64,000 nt of DNA from Thermoanaerobaculia bacterium (lineage in GTDB: Bacteria > Acidobacteriota > Thermoanaerobaculia > UBA5066): NCBI GenBank assembly GCA_038245905.1, contig JBBRRY010000001.1:192001-256000 (forward strand), read 5' to 3'. Within the stretch, counting starts at the first letter, position 1. Every line of letters begins with the position of its first letter. Both the position numbers and the translations under genes were made by a program. This document shows positions 33,527-45,725 of this stretch, one piece after another. The notes under the pieces were generated by a model. That model did no database searches. It was given only the letters and a program-made list of their open reading frames with translations, and was not told where the DNA came from.

Positions 33527-34494
33527 CGCGGCTCCAGTCCCGCGGCATGCCTCAGGGCCTTCGAAAAGTTCAAGCGCGACGCGATGGCGGCGCGCTCGGG
33601 CCGCGGCAGCGGCTCGAGGAGGCGTCGCCAGACTTCTCCTGGTTTCGGACGCGCATCCACCCCGCGCGGCCCGTCTGCAGATGTCTTCGGAGAAAGTACC
33701 GATAGATTTTTCTTAGAAGGAAATACGGGCCCCAACCACCCGGGAAGGACGTCACCGAAAAGTGAAGGGCCGCTCGCGAGGGCCGCCGCAGCCTCCCATT
33801 CACGTTCTAAGAAAATCTCTTCTATTCCTTTCCTCATTCGGTCGCCCGAGAGAGCTGCGAAAGCGCCTGCGGCTCTCGCCGCCTTCAACGCCTTCAGAAA
33901 CTCTCCGTCCCAGCCGAATCCGAGCCGCGCTGCGTACTTGACCGCGCGGTAGGCCCGCGTCGGATCGTCGACGAGCGATTTCGGATGGAGGAGTCGGATC
34001 TTCCTTGCTTCGAGGTCGGCGCGCCCTCCAAAGGGATCGAGCACGCGCCCGACGAGGCCGCGACGTCCGACCCGCCGCGCCATCGCATGGATCGTGAAGT
34101 CCCGGCGGCCGAGGTCGTCCTCGATCGTGGTCGTGCCGATCACGACCGGCAGACTGGCTGGCGACGGGTATTCCTCGCGGCGGGTCGCCGCGATATCGAC
34201 GCGGAGGCCGCTCGGCCCGCGGAGAGTCGCGGTCCCGAAACGGACGTGCGTCTTCTCGAGCGTCCAGCCGGGCAGAGCGCCCAGGCGGGCCGCAAACTCC
34301 AGAGCGCTCGCCGCACCTGCCTCGACGGCCAGATCGACGTCGCGAAGAGGGCGCCCAAGAAGGAGGTCGCGCAGCGCGCCTCCGACGAGCCACAGTCCCA
34401 CCTCGCGCCGGTCGGCAACCTCGCCCGCGCGCGCGAGATGAACCCCGATTGCTTCGGCATCGAGCCTGGGAACGGGCTCGCCGATTTCGCTCAT
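33523..34494 (-). CDS. tRNA nucleotidyltransferase class II (CCA family, A-adding-like)
   Basis: VGG.LRD..L..DVD, FGTA, RRDFTI.AM, DPFGG, DDPTR; ATG overlaps dnaE stop. Confidence 0.85.
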   Translation of the reverse strand: MSEIGEPVPRLDAEAIGVHLARAGEVADRREVGLWLVGGALRDLLLGRPLRDVDLAVEAGAASALEFAARLGALPGWTLEKTHVRFGTATLRGPSGLRVDIAATRREEYPSPASLPVVIGTTTIEDDLGRRDFTIHAMARRVGRRGLVGRVLDPFGGRADLEARKIRLLHPKSLVDDPTRAYRAVKYAARLGFGWDGEFLKALKAARAAGAFAALSGDRMRKGIEEIFLEREWEAAAALASGPSLFGDVLPGWLGPVFPSKKNLSVLSPKTSADGPRGVDARPKPGEVWRRLLEPLPRPERAAIASRLNFSKALRHAAGLEPR

Positions 34495-37400
34495 GAAGCG
34501 GATGCGTAGACGTATCGGACGGAGCCGGGGCCGAGTAGGGTCTGCATAGACGCCGTGAATTCGGGCGAGGGTCGGACCCACAGGCGGGAGTCGATCCTTT
34601 GGCGGGCGGCGAAGTGGCCGGGCCGGCGCAGCTCAAGCGATACGGGCACCGAGCCCGCATATCTTCTGAGAACCTCCCTAAGGGCCTCTTCGTCGAAGGT
34701 CTCGAAGTTCTGAGGAACGATCAGCACTTCCCGCGCGGCCTGCTCGCGCATGCCCTCGAGAGGCTGGATCTCGCGCGCGATGAGCTCGACCGGAATGCCG
34801 GCGGTCTCGCCCTCGGAAGCGTCGTGCGTCGCACCGCCGGGCGCCATCGAGAGGCGCACCGTCCCGGTGACGAGCACGGCCCGCCCGGGGGCGAGCCACG
34901 AGCCCACCCGCTCGAGAAGACTCGCGAAGACCGTGACGGGCACGGAGCCCGTCAGGTCCTCGACGACGGCTTTCGCCATCATCTTTCCTTCGTTCTGCCC
35001 CTTCTTGATCTGATTCTTCTTGATCGCGCCGACGAGGCCCACGAGCTTCACCGGCGCGTCGAGACGATCGCGCAACGTCTCGCACGTCACGTCGCCGAAC
35101 AGCCGGATCTCGTCCTCGAAGCGCGCGAGGGGGTGGCCCGTGATGTAGAAGCCGAGCGTCTCCTTCTCGTAGCGGATCTTCTCGTCGACGTTCCACTCCG
35201 GCTTGTCCGGGAACTGGTCCTCGACCCTCGATTCTTCGGGGACGTCGAAGAGAAGGTTCTGGCTCGACGCCGCGGCGTCGCGAGCCGCCGCCGCGACGTC
35301 GACGGCATGGTCGAGCCCGTCCAGAAACGCCGCGCGGCTCTTTCCCAGCGAGTCGAAGCAGCCGGACTTGATGAGCGCCTCGATGACTCTCTTGTTGTTG
35401 AGACGGAGATCGACGCGCGAGCAGAAGTCCGTGAGGGACTTGAACGGCCCGTCGCCTGCGCGCGCCGCGAGAACGGACGCGACGGCGCCTTCTCCGACAC
35501 CCTTGACGGCTCCGAGCCCGAAACGGATGGCCGGCCCGTCGGGCGTGAACGAGAGATCCGACGCGTTGACGTCGGGCGGCAGCACGGCGATCTTCATGTC
35601 CCGACACGTGTTCACGTACTTCACGACATCGTCCGAGCTCCCCGAGCTCGCCGTCAGGGTGGCCGCCAGGAACTCCACCGGGTAATGCACCTTCATCCAC
35701 GCGGTGCGATACGCGAGAAGCGCGTAAACGACCGAGTGAGACTTGTTGAAGCCGTACCGGCCGAAGGGCAGGATGAGGGCCCACAGCTCCTCGGCCTTCC
35801 TCTTCGGAGTCCCGTTCGCGACGGACTTCTTGATGAACTTGTCGCCCTCGGCCTTGAGCAGCGCGTCGTCCTTCTTGCCGATCGCCTTCCGGAGCTTGTC
35901 CGCTTCGCCCGGCGTGTAGCCCGCCACGGCCCGCGCCGCGAGCATGACTTGCTCCTGATAGACGAGGACGCCATGCGTCTCCCGGAGAATCGGCTCGAGC
36001 TGCGGCAGCGGATACTCGAACTTCGTTCCCCGGCGTCTCTGGATGTAAACCTCGACGGTGCCGGCGTCCAACGCGCCCGGACGATAGAGCGCGTTGAGCG
36101 CCGCGAGGTCGTCGAACACCTCGGGCTTCACGCGGCGGAGAAGATCGCGCATCCCGGACGACTCGAACTGGAAGACCCCGTCCGTCCGACCGTCGGCGAA
36201 GAGCCTGTAGACCTCGGGGTCGTCGAGTGGAATCGCATCCACGTCCGGGCGCTTTCCGTCCTTCTTCTCCGCGAAACGCAGCGCGTCGTCGAGGATCGTC
36301 AGCGTGATGAGTCCGAGGAAGTCCATCTTCAGGAGGCCCATCCGGTCGACGGACTTCATCTCGAACTGCGTCGTGATTTCGTCGTTGCTGTTCCGGTAGA
36401 GAGGGAGGTACTCCACGAGCGGCCTCGGGGCGATGAGAACGCCGGCCGCGTGCACGCCCGCGTGCCGCGACACACCCTCGAGGCGCTCGCCGAGGTCGAA
36501 GAGACGCCGGTAGGTCTCGTTGTCCCGGAGCGCGTCGGCAAGCTCCTTCACGTCCCGGCGCGCCTCGGCGAGCATCGTCGGCTTTCCCGGGTTCGCCGGG
36601 ATGAGCGAGCAGAGGCGGTTCACCTCGGCCAGCGGCACGTCGAGGACGCGGCCCACGTCGCGGATGACGGCCCGGGCCTTCATGGAGTTGAACGTGATGA
36701 TCTGGCCGACGTTCTCGCGCCCGTACTTCGTGCGCACATACTCGATGACCTCCCCGCGGCGCCGCTCGCACAGGTCGACGTCGATGTCGGGCATCGAGAT
36801 GCGGTCCGGGTTCAGGAAACGCTCGAACAGCAGATCGTACTTGAGCGGGTCGACGTCCGTAATCTTGAGCGCGTACGCGACCAGCGAGCCGGCCGCGCTC
36901 CCCCGCCCCGGACCCACGGGAATAGCCTGGTCCTTCGCGTACTTGATGAAGTCCCACACGATGAGGAAATAGCTCGAGAGGCCCATCTTCCGGATGACGG
37001 ACAGCTCCCAGGTCAGGCGTTCGTCGTACTCGACCCGAGTCTTTTTCGCCGTGCCGTTCTCGAACGACGCGCGCAGCGGCTCGAGCCGGCGCTCGAGGCC
37101 CTCCTTCGCGAGGTCCTCGAGATACTCCTCGGGGGTCTGCTCCCCTCCCGGAACGGGGAACGTGGGGATCTTGAGGCCGGTATCCAGGATGACGCTCGGT
37201 GTGACGCGCTCGGCGATCGCGGCCGTGTTCTTCACCGCTTCGAGCGTGTATGGGCGGAACACGTCGCTCATCTCCTCGGCGTTCTTCACGTAGAACTCCG
37301 AGTTGTAGAACCTCATCCGCTTCGCGTCGTTGAGCGTCTTCCCCATCCCGATGCAGAGAAGGACGTCCTGCGCCGCGGCGTCGTCCCGAGTCAAATAGTG

Positions 37401-38036
37401 CGAATCATTCGTCGCGACCGGCGGAATGCCGGTCTCCGAAGAAAGCCGCAGGAGATCCGGGAGGATCTGCCGCTGCTCGGGGAGACCGTGATCCATGAGC
37501 TCGATGAAGTAGCGGTCCTTCCCGAAGAGGTCGCGGTATTTCAGCGCCGTCTTCTTCGCCCCTTCGTAGTCGCCGATCCGGAGCCTTTTGGAGACCTCCG
37601 AGTTCAGGCAGCCGGACAGGGCGATGATCCCTTCGTGGTACTTCTCGAGGAGCTCCCAGTCCATCCGCGGCTTGTAGTAGAAGCCGGAAAGGAACGCCTC
37701 CGAGACGAGCCGCGCGAGATTCCGGTAGCCGTCGGGATTCTCCACGAGGAGCGTCAGGTGATAGTTGCTTCCTTCTCCGTCGAACGTCTTCACGCTTTCG
37801 CGGTCGAATCGCGAACCGGGTGCGATATACGCCTCGACGCCGAGGATCGGCTTGATCCCCGCCTCGAGCGCGGTCGTCTGGAGCTCGTACGCCCCGAACA
37901 TGTTTCCGTGATCCGTGACCGCGACGGCGTCCATGCCGGTCGACTTGACCTGCCTGATCAGGTCCTTGAGCCGGTTCGCGCCGTCGAGGAGGGAGTACTG
38001 GGTGTGGAGGTGGAGGTGAACGAAGTCGCCGGACAT
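34491..38036 (-). CDS. dnaE: DNA polymerase III alpha subunit
   Basis: HLHLHTQYSLLDG PHP domain, GPGRGSAAGS, SMPDIDVD, KMDFLGL, FNKSH. Confidence 0.98.
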   Translation of the reverse strand: MSGDFVHLHLHTQYSLLDGANRLKDLIRQVKSTGMDAVAVTDHGNMFGAYELQTTALEAGIKPILGVEAYIAPGSRFDRESVKTFDGEGSNYHLTLLVENPDGYRNLARLVSEAFLSGFYYKPRMDWELLEKYHEGIIALSGCLNSEVSKRLRIGDYEGAKKTALKYRDLFGKDRYFIELMDHGLPEQRQILPDLLRLSSETGIPPVATNDSHYLTRDDAAAQDVLLCIGMGKTLNDAKRMRFYNSEFYVKNAEEMSDVFRPYTLEAVKNTAAIAERVTPSVILDTGLKIPTFPVPGGEQTPEEYLEDLAKEGLERRLEPLRASFENGTAKKTRVEYDERLTWELSVIRKMGLSSYFLIVWDFIKYAKDQAIPVGPGRGSAAGSLVAYALKITDVDPLKYDLLFERFLNPDRISMPDIDVDLCERRRGEVIEYVRTKYGRENVGQIITFNSMKARAVIRDVGRVLDVPLAEVNRLCSLIPANPGKPTMLAEARRDVKELADALRDNETYRRLFDLGERLEGVSRHAGVHAAGVLIAPRPLVEYLPLYRNSNDEITTQFEMKSVDRMGLLKMDFLGLITLTILDDALRFAEKKDGKRPDVDAIPLDDPEVYRLFADGRTDGVFQFESSGMRDLLRRVKPEVFDDLAALNALYRPGALDAGTVEVYIQRRRGTKFEYPLPQLEPILRETHGVLVYQEQVMLAARAVAGYTPGEADKLRKAIGKKDDALLKAEGDKFIKKSVANGTPKRKAEELWALILPFGRYGFNKSHSVVYALLAYRTAWMKVHYPVEFLAATLTASSGSSDDVVKYVNTCRDMKIAVLPPDVNASDLSFTPDGPAIRFGLGAVKGVGEGAVASVLAARAGDGPFKSLTDFCSRVDLRLNNKRVIEALIKSGCFDSLGKSRAAFLDGLDHAVDVAAAARDAAASSQNLLFDVPEESRVEDQFPDKPEWNVDEKIRYEKETLGFYITGHPLARFEDEIRLFGDVTCETLRDRLDAPVKLVGLVGAIKKNQIKKGQNEGKMMAKAVVEDLTGSVPVTVFASLLERVGSWLAPGRAVLVTGTVRLSMAPGGATHDASEGETAGIPVELIAREIQPLEGMREQAAREVLIVPQNFETFDEEALREVLRRYAGSVPVSLELRRPGHFAARQRIDSRLWVRPSPEFTASMQTLLGPGSVRYVYASAS

Positions 38037-38079
38037 TCCGGGGCCGATTGTAGTGCCTCATAATTCCGTAGCGGGCCCA

Positions 38080-39243
38080 ATGCGCTTCCTGTCTCTCGTC
38101 CTCAAGAACCTCCTCCGCAAGAAGACGCGGACGCTCCTGACGGTCGGTTCGGTCCTATTCCCCGTGTTTCTCGTCGCGTTCATGGCGACGTTCCTGAGGA
38201 CTCTCGCCCTTCCCGATCCGGCGCGCGAGCGCGGCCTCTACCGGCTCGTCACGCGGCACAAGGTTGGCCTCACGACACCTCTCCCGTATGGGATCCTCGC
38301 GAAGATCGCCCCCCTCGAAGGCGTCCGTGCGATCACGCCGATCGACCGTTTCGGCGGCCTCTATCGCGATGCGAGCGCCGGGAACGTCTTTCCGCGGTTC
38401 GCCGTGGATGCCGAGCAATTTCTCCGGGTCTTCGACGACGCGACGATCGTGAAGGGGTCGGCCGACGACTGGAAACGGGACCGGGCGGGCGGCCTCGTCG
38501 GGATCGCCCTCGTGAAGAAATACGGCTGGAAGATCGGCGACCGCGTCACGATCACAGGCACGCTCTATCCGGTGGACCTCACGTTCACGGTCCAGGGCGT
38601 CTATAGCCTCCCGTACGAGAACTCCGCGAGCATCTTCTTCCACCGCGCGTACCTCGAGGAGGCGTACCCGCCCTTCCGCGGCAACGTCTCGACCGTATGG
38701 ACTCGCTGCACGGACGCAGCCTGCGCCGGGCGGCTCCCGCGGCAGATCGATGACTTCTTCGAGAACTCACCCGCCCCGACGAAGACCGAGAGCGAGAACG
38801 CCTTCACGTTGGGTTTCGTCTCTCTCCTCGGGAACGTCCAGTTCCTCCTGACCTCGATGGGCGCGATCATCATCGGCGTCGTCGTCCTGATCGCGGCGAA
38901 TACGATCGCGCTCAACGTGCGCGAGCGTGTCGTCGAGGTCGCCGTCCTCCGGACGCTCGGTTTCTCGCGCATGCGGGTCGTCGGCCTCATCGTGAGCGAA
39001 AGCATTGCCCTTGCGGGCGTCGGCGGTGGCCTCGGATTTCTCCTGTTCGTGGCCGCGTTCTCGCGCCTCAAGAGCGCTCTCATGGAGACGAGGATGTCGC
39101 CCTTCGCCGCAGGAATGAAGATTTTCCCCGAGGTCGTCGCGCTCGCGGCGGCCGTCACGCTCGTCGTGGGCCTGCTCGCGGCGATCGTCCCAGCGGCGAG
39201 AGCCGCGCGGCGGCCCATCGTGGACGGCCTGCGCGCGCTTTGA
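38080..39243 (+). CDS. MacB/FtsX-type ABC transporter permease
   Basis: KNLLRKKTRTLLT; RERVVEVAVLRTLGF; PAARAAR. Confidence 0.88.
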   Translation: MRFLSLVLKNLLRKKTRTLLTVGSVLFPVFLVAFMATFLRTLALPDPARERGLYRLVTRHKVGLTTPLPYGILAKIAPLEGVRAITPIDRFGGLYRDASAGNVFPRFAVDAEQFLRVFDDATIVKGSADDWKRDRAGGLVGIALVKKYGWKIGDRVTITGTLYPVDLTFTVQGVYSLPYENSASIFFHRAYLEEAYPPFRGNVSTVWTRCTDAACAGRLPRQIDDFFENSPAPTKTESENAFTLGFVSLLGNVQFLLTSMGAIIIGVVVLIAANTIALNVRERVVEVAVLRTLGFSRMRVVGLIVSESIALAGVGGGLGFLLFVAAFSRLKSALMETRMSPFAAGMKIFPEVVALAAAVTLVVGLLAAIVPAARAARRPIVDGLRAL

Positions 39244-39255
39244 CCGGGCGAGCGC

Positions 39256-39729
39256 CTAGAGCCAGCGGTGCGTGCGCGCCTTGAAGGCCCAGTACTCTTC
39301 CCCGAACTTCCGCTCGAGGTAGGCCTCCTCCCGGTCGATCACGAAACGCCGGAGCGCGAGCCATACGGGCGGCAGCGCCGCGAGAAGCCATGGCGTGTTC
39401 GCGATCAGCGCGATCCCCGCCACCCCGGCCGAGAGACCGACGTACATCGGGTTACGCGAGACGCGGTATGGCCCCGACGTCACGAGGGCGCTCACGGCGT
39501 GGTTCGGGTGCGGCGTCGTCCGCGCCCTCAGGAACATCGCGAGTGCCCAGCCTCCGAAGGCAAGACCGACGAGGGCGAGTGCGGAGCCCGCGATGCGGGC
39601 GGGCCCCTCGAGGGCCGGCGGGACCACCCGGACCGGGACGAGCCACTTCAGGAGGAAACCCGCCGCGAGCCCGAGCCCGAAGAGGACCGGCGGGATGACG
39701 GGGACGTTCGCGTGGGTTTCCGTCGGCAT
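39256..39729 (-). CDS. Isoprenylcysteine carboxyl/phospholipid methyltransferase family membrane protein
   Basis: LVTSGPYRVSRNPMY, EEAYL..FGEEY. Confidence 0.88.
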   Translation of the reverse strand: MPTETHANVPVIPPVLFGLGLAAGFLLKWLVPVRVVPPALEGPARIAGSALALVGLAFGGWALAMFLRARTTPHPNHAVSALVTSGPYRVSRNPMYVGLSAGVAGIALIANTPWLLAALPPVWLALRRFVIDREEAYLERKFGEEYWAFKARTHRWL

Positions 39730-39759
39730 GGCTTCTCCCCGCACAGGATACCCGCGCCT

Positions 39760-40494
39760 TTACCGCACGTCGCCGTACCAGTAGCGGTCCAGAAAGCGGG
39801 ACCCCTTCTGGCCGCGCCGAAGCACCTCGAGGGCGACGGCAGGCATCAGCCGGAAGTAGTGCCAGTCGCCGTACGCGTCGAATTTCCGGACGGACGCGAT
39901 TGCCTTGGCACTCCGGAGGCGCGTCAGGTGCTGGCCTCGGGGCCGGCCGAGGCGCCTCAGCGCGAAGAGCAGCGCCACGTCTTCGGCCACGAGCAGACTC
40001 TCGTCGTATCCGCCGATCGCCTCGAAATAGGATCTCGGGACGAACGTGGGGCCCGTGTCCATGCGCATCAGCCACACCATCGGCATGAGAGCGGCGTAGG
40101 TCAGCGCGAGCCCGATCGACATGCGCTCCAGACGCACCCCCGTCGCGCCGCCGACGACGCGACCCGTCGCGAGCGCCGCGTCGATCGCGTCGAACGTCCC
40201 GGGATGCATCCGGATGTCCGCGTCCACGAACACGAGGACCTCGCCGCGGGCCTCGTGGGCTCCCCCGTTCCGGACGGCGCCGATCACGCGTTTCTCGACT
40301 CTCACGACCCGGGCGCCCGTCGCGCGGGCGACCTCGGCCGTTCGGTCGGTCGAGATGTTGTCCGCGACGACCACCTCGACCCGCTCCGCGCCCCCGCGGT
40401 AGGCCCGGCGTGCCGCCTCGACCGTGTCGAGCAGTCGCGGCAGAACCTTCTCTTCGTTCCGGGCCGGAATGACGACCGAGAACCTCACTCCCAT
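39760..40494 (-). CDS. Glycosyltransferase family 2
   Basis: SVVIPARNEE, ADN.STD, RNGGA, FVDAD, GGYDE..ED. Confidence 0.9.
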   Translation of the reverse strand: MGVRFSVVIPARNEEKVLPRLLDTVEAARRAYRGGAERVEVVVADNISTDRTAEVARATGARVVRVEKRVIGAVRNGGAHEARGEVLVFVDADIRMHPGTFDAIDAALATGRVVGGATGVRLERMSIGLALTYAALMPMVWLMRMDTGPTFVPRSYFEAIGGYDESLLVAEDVALLFALRRLGRPRGQHLTRLRSAKAIASVRKFDAYGDWHYFRLMPAVALEVLRRGQKGSRFLDRYWYGDVR

Positions 40495-40562
40495 TCGAGT
40501 GTGCCGAATGCCATCGAAATCCAGAACAGCAGTGGATTCACGAGACGGGACCTCAGGCAGTC

Positions 40563-40961
40563 CTATGCCGGGCCCGGCGATCCCGGTTTCGGAAGGGGCG
40601 GCGCCTCCCTTTTCTCGTCGAGGAGGTGCCGGATCGCGAGGGCGGGGTGCCGCAGGAGCATCCGCGGCCCCGCGAAGCGCATGACCTCGTGCATCTGCTC
40701 GCGCTTGTCCTTCGTGTAGCAGTGGATCGGGCACTTCTTGCAGGTCGGCTTCTCCTCGCCGTACGGGCACTTCAGGAGCCGGTAGCTCGCGTACTCGAAC
40801 AGCCCCTCGCACGCCGCGCAGAGCTCGCCGTACGGGGCGCGCACATGGAGCGGGTGCGCCTCGCACCAGATGTGGAGCATCGCCGCGATCGTGCGCTGCT
40901 CGCGGCGGAGGCGCGGGGTCGTGAGAAGGAGGTCCTGGTGTTCCTTCGGGACGGCGATCAC
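40563..40961 (-). CDS. YgbA family (nitrous-oxide-stimulated promoter) Cys-rich protein
   Basis: CPYGEEKPTCKKCPIHCY; VMRFAGPRML.RHP. Confidence 0.88.
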   Translation of the reverse strand: MIAVPKEHQDLLLTTPRLRREQRTIAAMLHIWCEAHPLHVRAPYGELCAACEGLFEYASYRLLKCPYGEEKPTCKKCPIHCYTKDKREQMHEVMRFAGPRMLLRHPALAIRHLLDEKREAPPLPKPGSPGPA

Positions 40962-42289
40962 GGGAGTTTCAGACCCCGGTCGAGATGCTCCATCAGCACG
41001 TCCGGCCCCTCGAGCCCGACGCTCATCCGGATGAGGCCGGGGGTGATGCCGCGGGCGAGGCGGTCGGCCTCTGGGACGACGGCATGCGTCATCGTCGCGG
41101 GCTGCTCGACGTATGTGATGGCCCCACCGAGGCTCACGGCCAGCTCCGTCGGGACGTCCTTACGGGCGAGGTAGTTCATGAGCTTCTCGCCCGCTGACGC
41201 GCCACCCTTCACCTCGAACGAGATGAGGGAACCGCCGTCGCGCATCTGCTTTTTCACGACGTCCTTCTGCGGGAAGTCGTCGAAGCCGGGGTACGTCACG
41301 CGCGCGACCCCCGGGTGGCTCTTGAGAAAGGCCGCGATCATCGCGGCGCTTTCGCTCTGCGCCTTCTGGCGGACGGCAAGGGACTGGACCGTCATCGAGT
41401 TCAGCCACGAGTCGAACGGCGATGGCGTCGCACCGAGATCCTTGTACCAGGGAAAAAGGTCTGCCTTGAGGAAGCGGAACGGCCCGAGGAGGGCGCCGCC
41501 GACGGACGTCGAGTGGCCATTGATGAACTTCGTGAGCGAGTGGACGATGAAGTCCGCCCCGAGGCGGAAGGGCTGCTGGAGGTAGGGCGAGCAGAATGTG
41601 TTGTCGACGATTAGAGGGATGCCGAGCGCCTCGGTCAGGCGCGAAATCGCCTCGATGTCCGAGATGCGGAGCGTCGGGTTCTCGGGGGATTCGAGGAAGA
41701 CGGCCGCGATGTTCGGGTGCTGCTCGAGATGGCGCGCGACGTCGTTCACGTCGCCCGTGTTGCAGAACACGGCTTCGACGCCGAACTTCGACATGTTGCG
41801 CAGAAGGCTGTCCGTGCATCCGTAGATGTTGCCCGCGAGGACGGCGTCGCCCGCCTTGAGCAGCGAGAGGAGGAGCGTCGAGATCGCCCCCATGCCCGAA
41901 CCGAAGATGAGGCAGCCGATCGTCGGCTCCGTTTCGTCGGCGGCAAGCGCCTTCTCGATGACATGCTGCGCCTCGAGGCGGAAGAGAACGCGCTCGAGGT
42001 ACTCGGAGGTCGGGTTGCCAAGGCGCGTGTAAATGCGCGCGTACGGCCGCTCGCCGCCCTTCGACATGCCGAGGAAGCGGTCGGCGCCGTCCTTCACGTT
42101 TTGGAAGGGGAAGGTCGAGCGTTGGTGGATGGGCGGCAGCCCGGTGCCCGCCGCGAGCGCGCGGAAAATGCCTTCGTCCATCTGGTGGACGTCGTCGCGC
42201 ACCCAGCGGGTCTTGCGGTCGACCCACCACTCCCAGAACGAGAAGCGCGCGGCGCCGTGGAGGACGGGGGAAGGCGAGGTGGTGCTCAT
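40958..42289 (-). CDS. PLP-dependent trans-sulfuration enzyme, likely methionine gamma-lyase
   Basis: YTRLGNPT, SGMGAIS, YGCT (MGL-type Cys), VDNTF, HSLTKFING. Confidence 0.82.
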   Translation of the reverse strand: MSTTSPSPVLHGAARFSFWEWWVDRKTRWVRDDVHQMDEGIFRALAAGTGLPPIHQRSTFPFQNVKDGADRFLGMSKGGERPYARIYTRLGNPTSEYLERVLFRLEAQHVIEKALAADETEPTIGCLIFGSGMGAISTLLLSLLKAGDAVLAGNIYGCTDSLLRNMSKFGVEAVFCNTGDVNDVARHLEQHPNIAAVFLESPENPTLRISDIEAISRLTEALGIPLIVDNTFCSPYLQQPFRLGADFIVHSLTKFINGHSTSVGGALLGPFRFLKADLFPWYKDLGATPSPFDSWLNSMTVQSLAVRQKAQSESAAMIAAFLKSHPGVARVTYPGFDDFPQKDVVKKQMRDGGSLISFEVKGGASAGEKLMNYLARKDVPTELAVSLGGAITYVEQPATMTHAVVPEADRLARGITPGLIRMSVGLEGPDVLMEHLDRGLKLP

Positions 42290-42372
42290 GCGGAGGAATT
42301 TAGGCCCTTTGCGGCCCCGGTGCACTGATGCGCGTGGCGGGGACTCCCCTGGGTCGTAGACTAGGGTCTTCC

Positions 42373-44223
<1,851 letters not shown>

Positions 44224-44257
44224 CGGGCCCTCTTGTCTCGTGCTCCCCGGACCCGGC

Positions 44258-44686
44258 TCACGGAATCGCGATCGCCTTCAGGATGTTGACGACCATCCCC
44301 GGAAGGCGACCCGGTTCGTGTTCGAGAGAGGACAGGACGCTCCCGATCGTCGTGGCGCCGTCGAGCTCGGCCCAATTGGAGACCTCCTCGGCGCTCGGAC
44401 TGAGATAGGCCATGTTCCACGACGCGAAGGCGCGCTCGTCGGTCTCCTCCTCGTGGAAGACTTTGACGCCTTTGTGCCTCGGGTCGCGCTCGATCCTCTC
44501 CATCAAGGCGAGGACATCATCCTTCTCCCCTTCGAGGATCTGGAGGAAGGCGCCGTCGACGTATACGAGCACGCCGGTGATCCCGCATACCCGGTTTCGG
44601 ATCCGGGACTCCGCCAGCATTCCCTCGAGGTCCGGCGTGGCGAGGCCCGGCGCCGCCTCGGAAGAGTAGATCAGCCGAAAGGGCAT
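44258..44686 (-). CDS. Stand-alone BLUF blue-light sensor
   Basis: LIYSS, N..GITGVL, FLQILEG, DPRH, RAF.SWNM. Confidence 0.92.
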   Translation of the reverse strand: MPFRLIYSSEAAPGLATPDLEGMLAESRIRNRVCGITGVLVYVDGAFLQILEGEKDDVLALMERIERDPRHKGVKVFHEEETDERAFASWNMAYLSPSAEEVSNWAELDGATTIGSVLSSLEHEPGRLPGMVVNILKAIAIP

Positions 44687-44817
44687 GGAGCGCCTCCTTC
44701 GGACGGAGTCTAGAGCCCCGGGCCCCCGTTTCGTTCAGGTTTGCGCACGCAAACTCCGCAAGGGTCGGGATCTGACAAGACGAGCGCCTTCGCGCGTCTT
44801 TCCCTACGATGGTCGCA

Positions 44818-45393
44818 ATGGCCGAAGAGCTGGACGGGTTCCTCCCGGTTTCGGAAGTCTCGTGGGGAGACGCGCTTCGCGCGCCTTTCGCCGCTCTTGC
44901 CGCCGGAGACCGGGACGCGCTCGAGACGGTCTGGCTCCTCGCCTCGCGGCGGCTCTACGCGCTCGCGCTCTGGCGTACGGGAAATCTCGAGGACGCCGCC
45001 GACGTCGTTCAGGATGTCTTCGTGAGGCTTGCGTCCGGGCGGGCCGACCTCCGGAAAGTCGAAGTGCCGCACGTCTGGCTCCTCGCGGTCGCGCACCGCG
45101 CGGCCGTGGACGTGACACGCCGCCGGGCGCGCCGCCGCGCCGAGCCGCTCGAGAACGCCGGCTTCCTCGTCACGAAAGACGGGGACCCCGAGCGGGACGC
45201 CCGTGCCGGCGAGTTGTCACGAGCCGTCGCGCTCCTGCCGGAGACCCAGCGCGAGGCCGTCGCGCTCCGGCATTTCGGCGGCCACTCGTTCCGCGAGATC
45301 GCGCGGATTACCGGCGTCCCGACGTTCACTGCTGCGAGCCGCTGCCGCCTCGGCCTCGCGCGGCTGCGCGCGCTCCTTGGAGGATCACGATGA
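44818..45393 (+). CDS. ECF sigma factor
   Basis: DAADVVQDVFV, WL..VA, LPETQREAV.LR, SFREIA. Confidence 0.88.
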   Translation: MAEELDGFLPVSEVSWGDALRAPFAALAAGDRDALETVWLLASRRLYALALWRTGNLEDAADVVQDVFVRLASGRADLRKVEVPHVWLLAVAHRAAVDVTRRRARRRAEPLENAGFLVTKDGDPERDARAGELSRAVALLPETQREAVALRHFGGHSFREIARITGVPTFTAASRCRLGLARLRALLGGSR

Positions 45394-45725
45394 GCCACGA
45401 CCTCTTCCCGCCCGGCTTCGAGCCGCCTCCCCCGCCGCCGGACCTCCGCGATCGCGTCCTTGGCGCCGCGGCGCGCGCTTTTGAAGCGGCGCCCCTCGCA
45501 GACCTGTGGACAAGGGCCTTCCGCAGCCACATGCTGCGCGTCGCGTGGGCGGCCTCGGTCGCGGCCCTCGCGGCGGCCCACCTTTTCGCTCCGCTGCGCC
45601 CGGCGCGCAGCGAGGACCCTGAGCCGCCCGAGATCCGCCAACTCGCCCGCCTGCCGCGCATCGACAGCCGCAATCTTCCCACCGAAAGCACGGCCCCTCC
45701 CGCACCACCGGAGAAACGCTCATGA
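45390..45725 (+). CDS. Small single-TM protein, probable anti-sigma factor
   Basis: SD GGAGG; PPPDLRDRVL followed by a hydrophobic helix; overlaps sigma stop. Confidence 0.6.
   Translation: MSHDLFPPGFEPPPPPPDLRDRVLGAAARAFEAAPLADLWTRAFRSHMLRVAWAASVAALAAAHLFAPLRPARSEDPEPPEIRQLARLPRIDSRNLPTESTAPPAPPEKRS

Noticed and set aside
34599-38063. Very long antisense and alternate-frame ORFs (e.g. 1154 aa opposite dnaE, 1007 aa opposite priA, 792 aa opposite guaA)
   Set aside because: Expected shadow ORFs in high-GC DNA with few stop codons; Arg/Ala/Pro-rich, with no family motifs.
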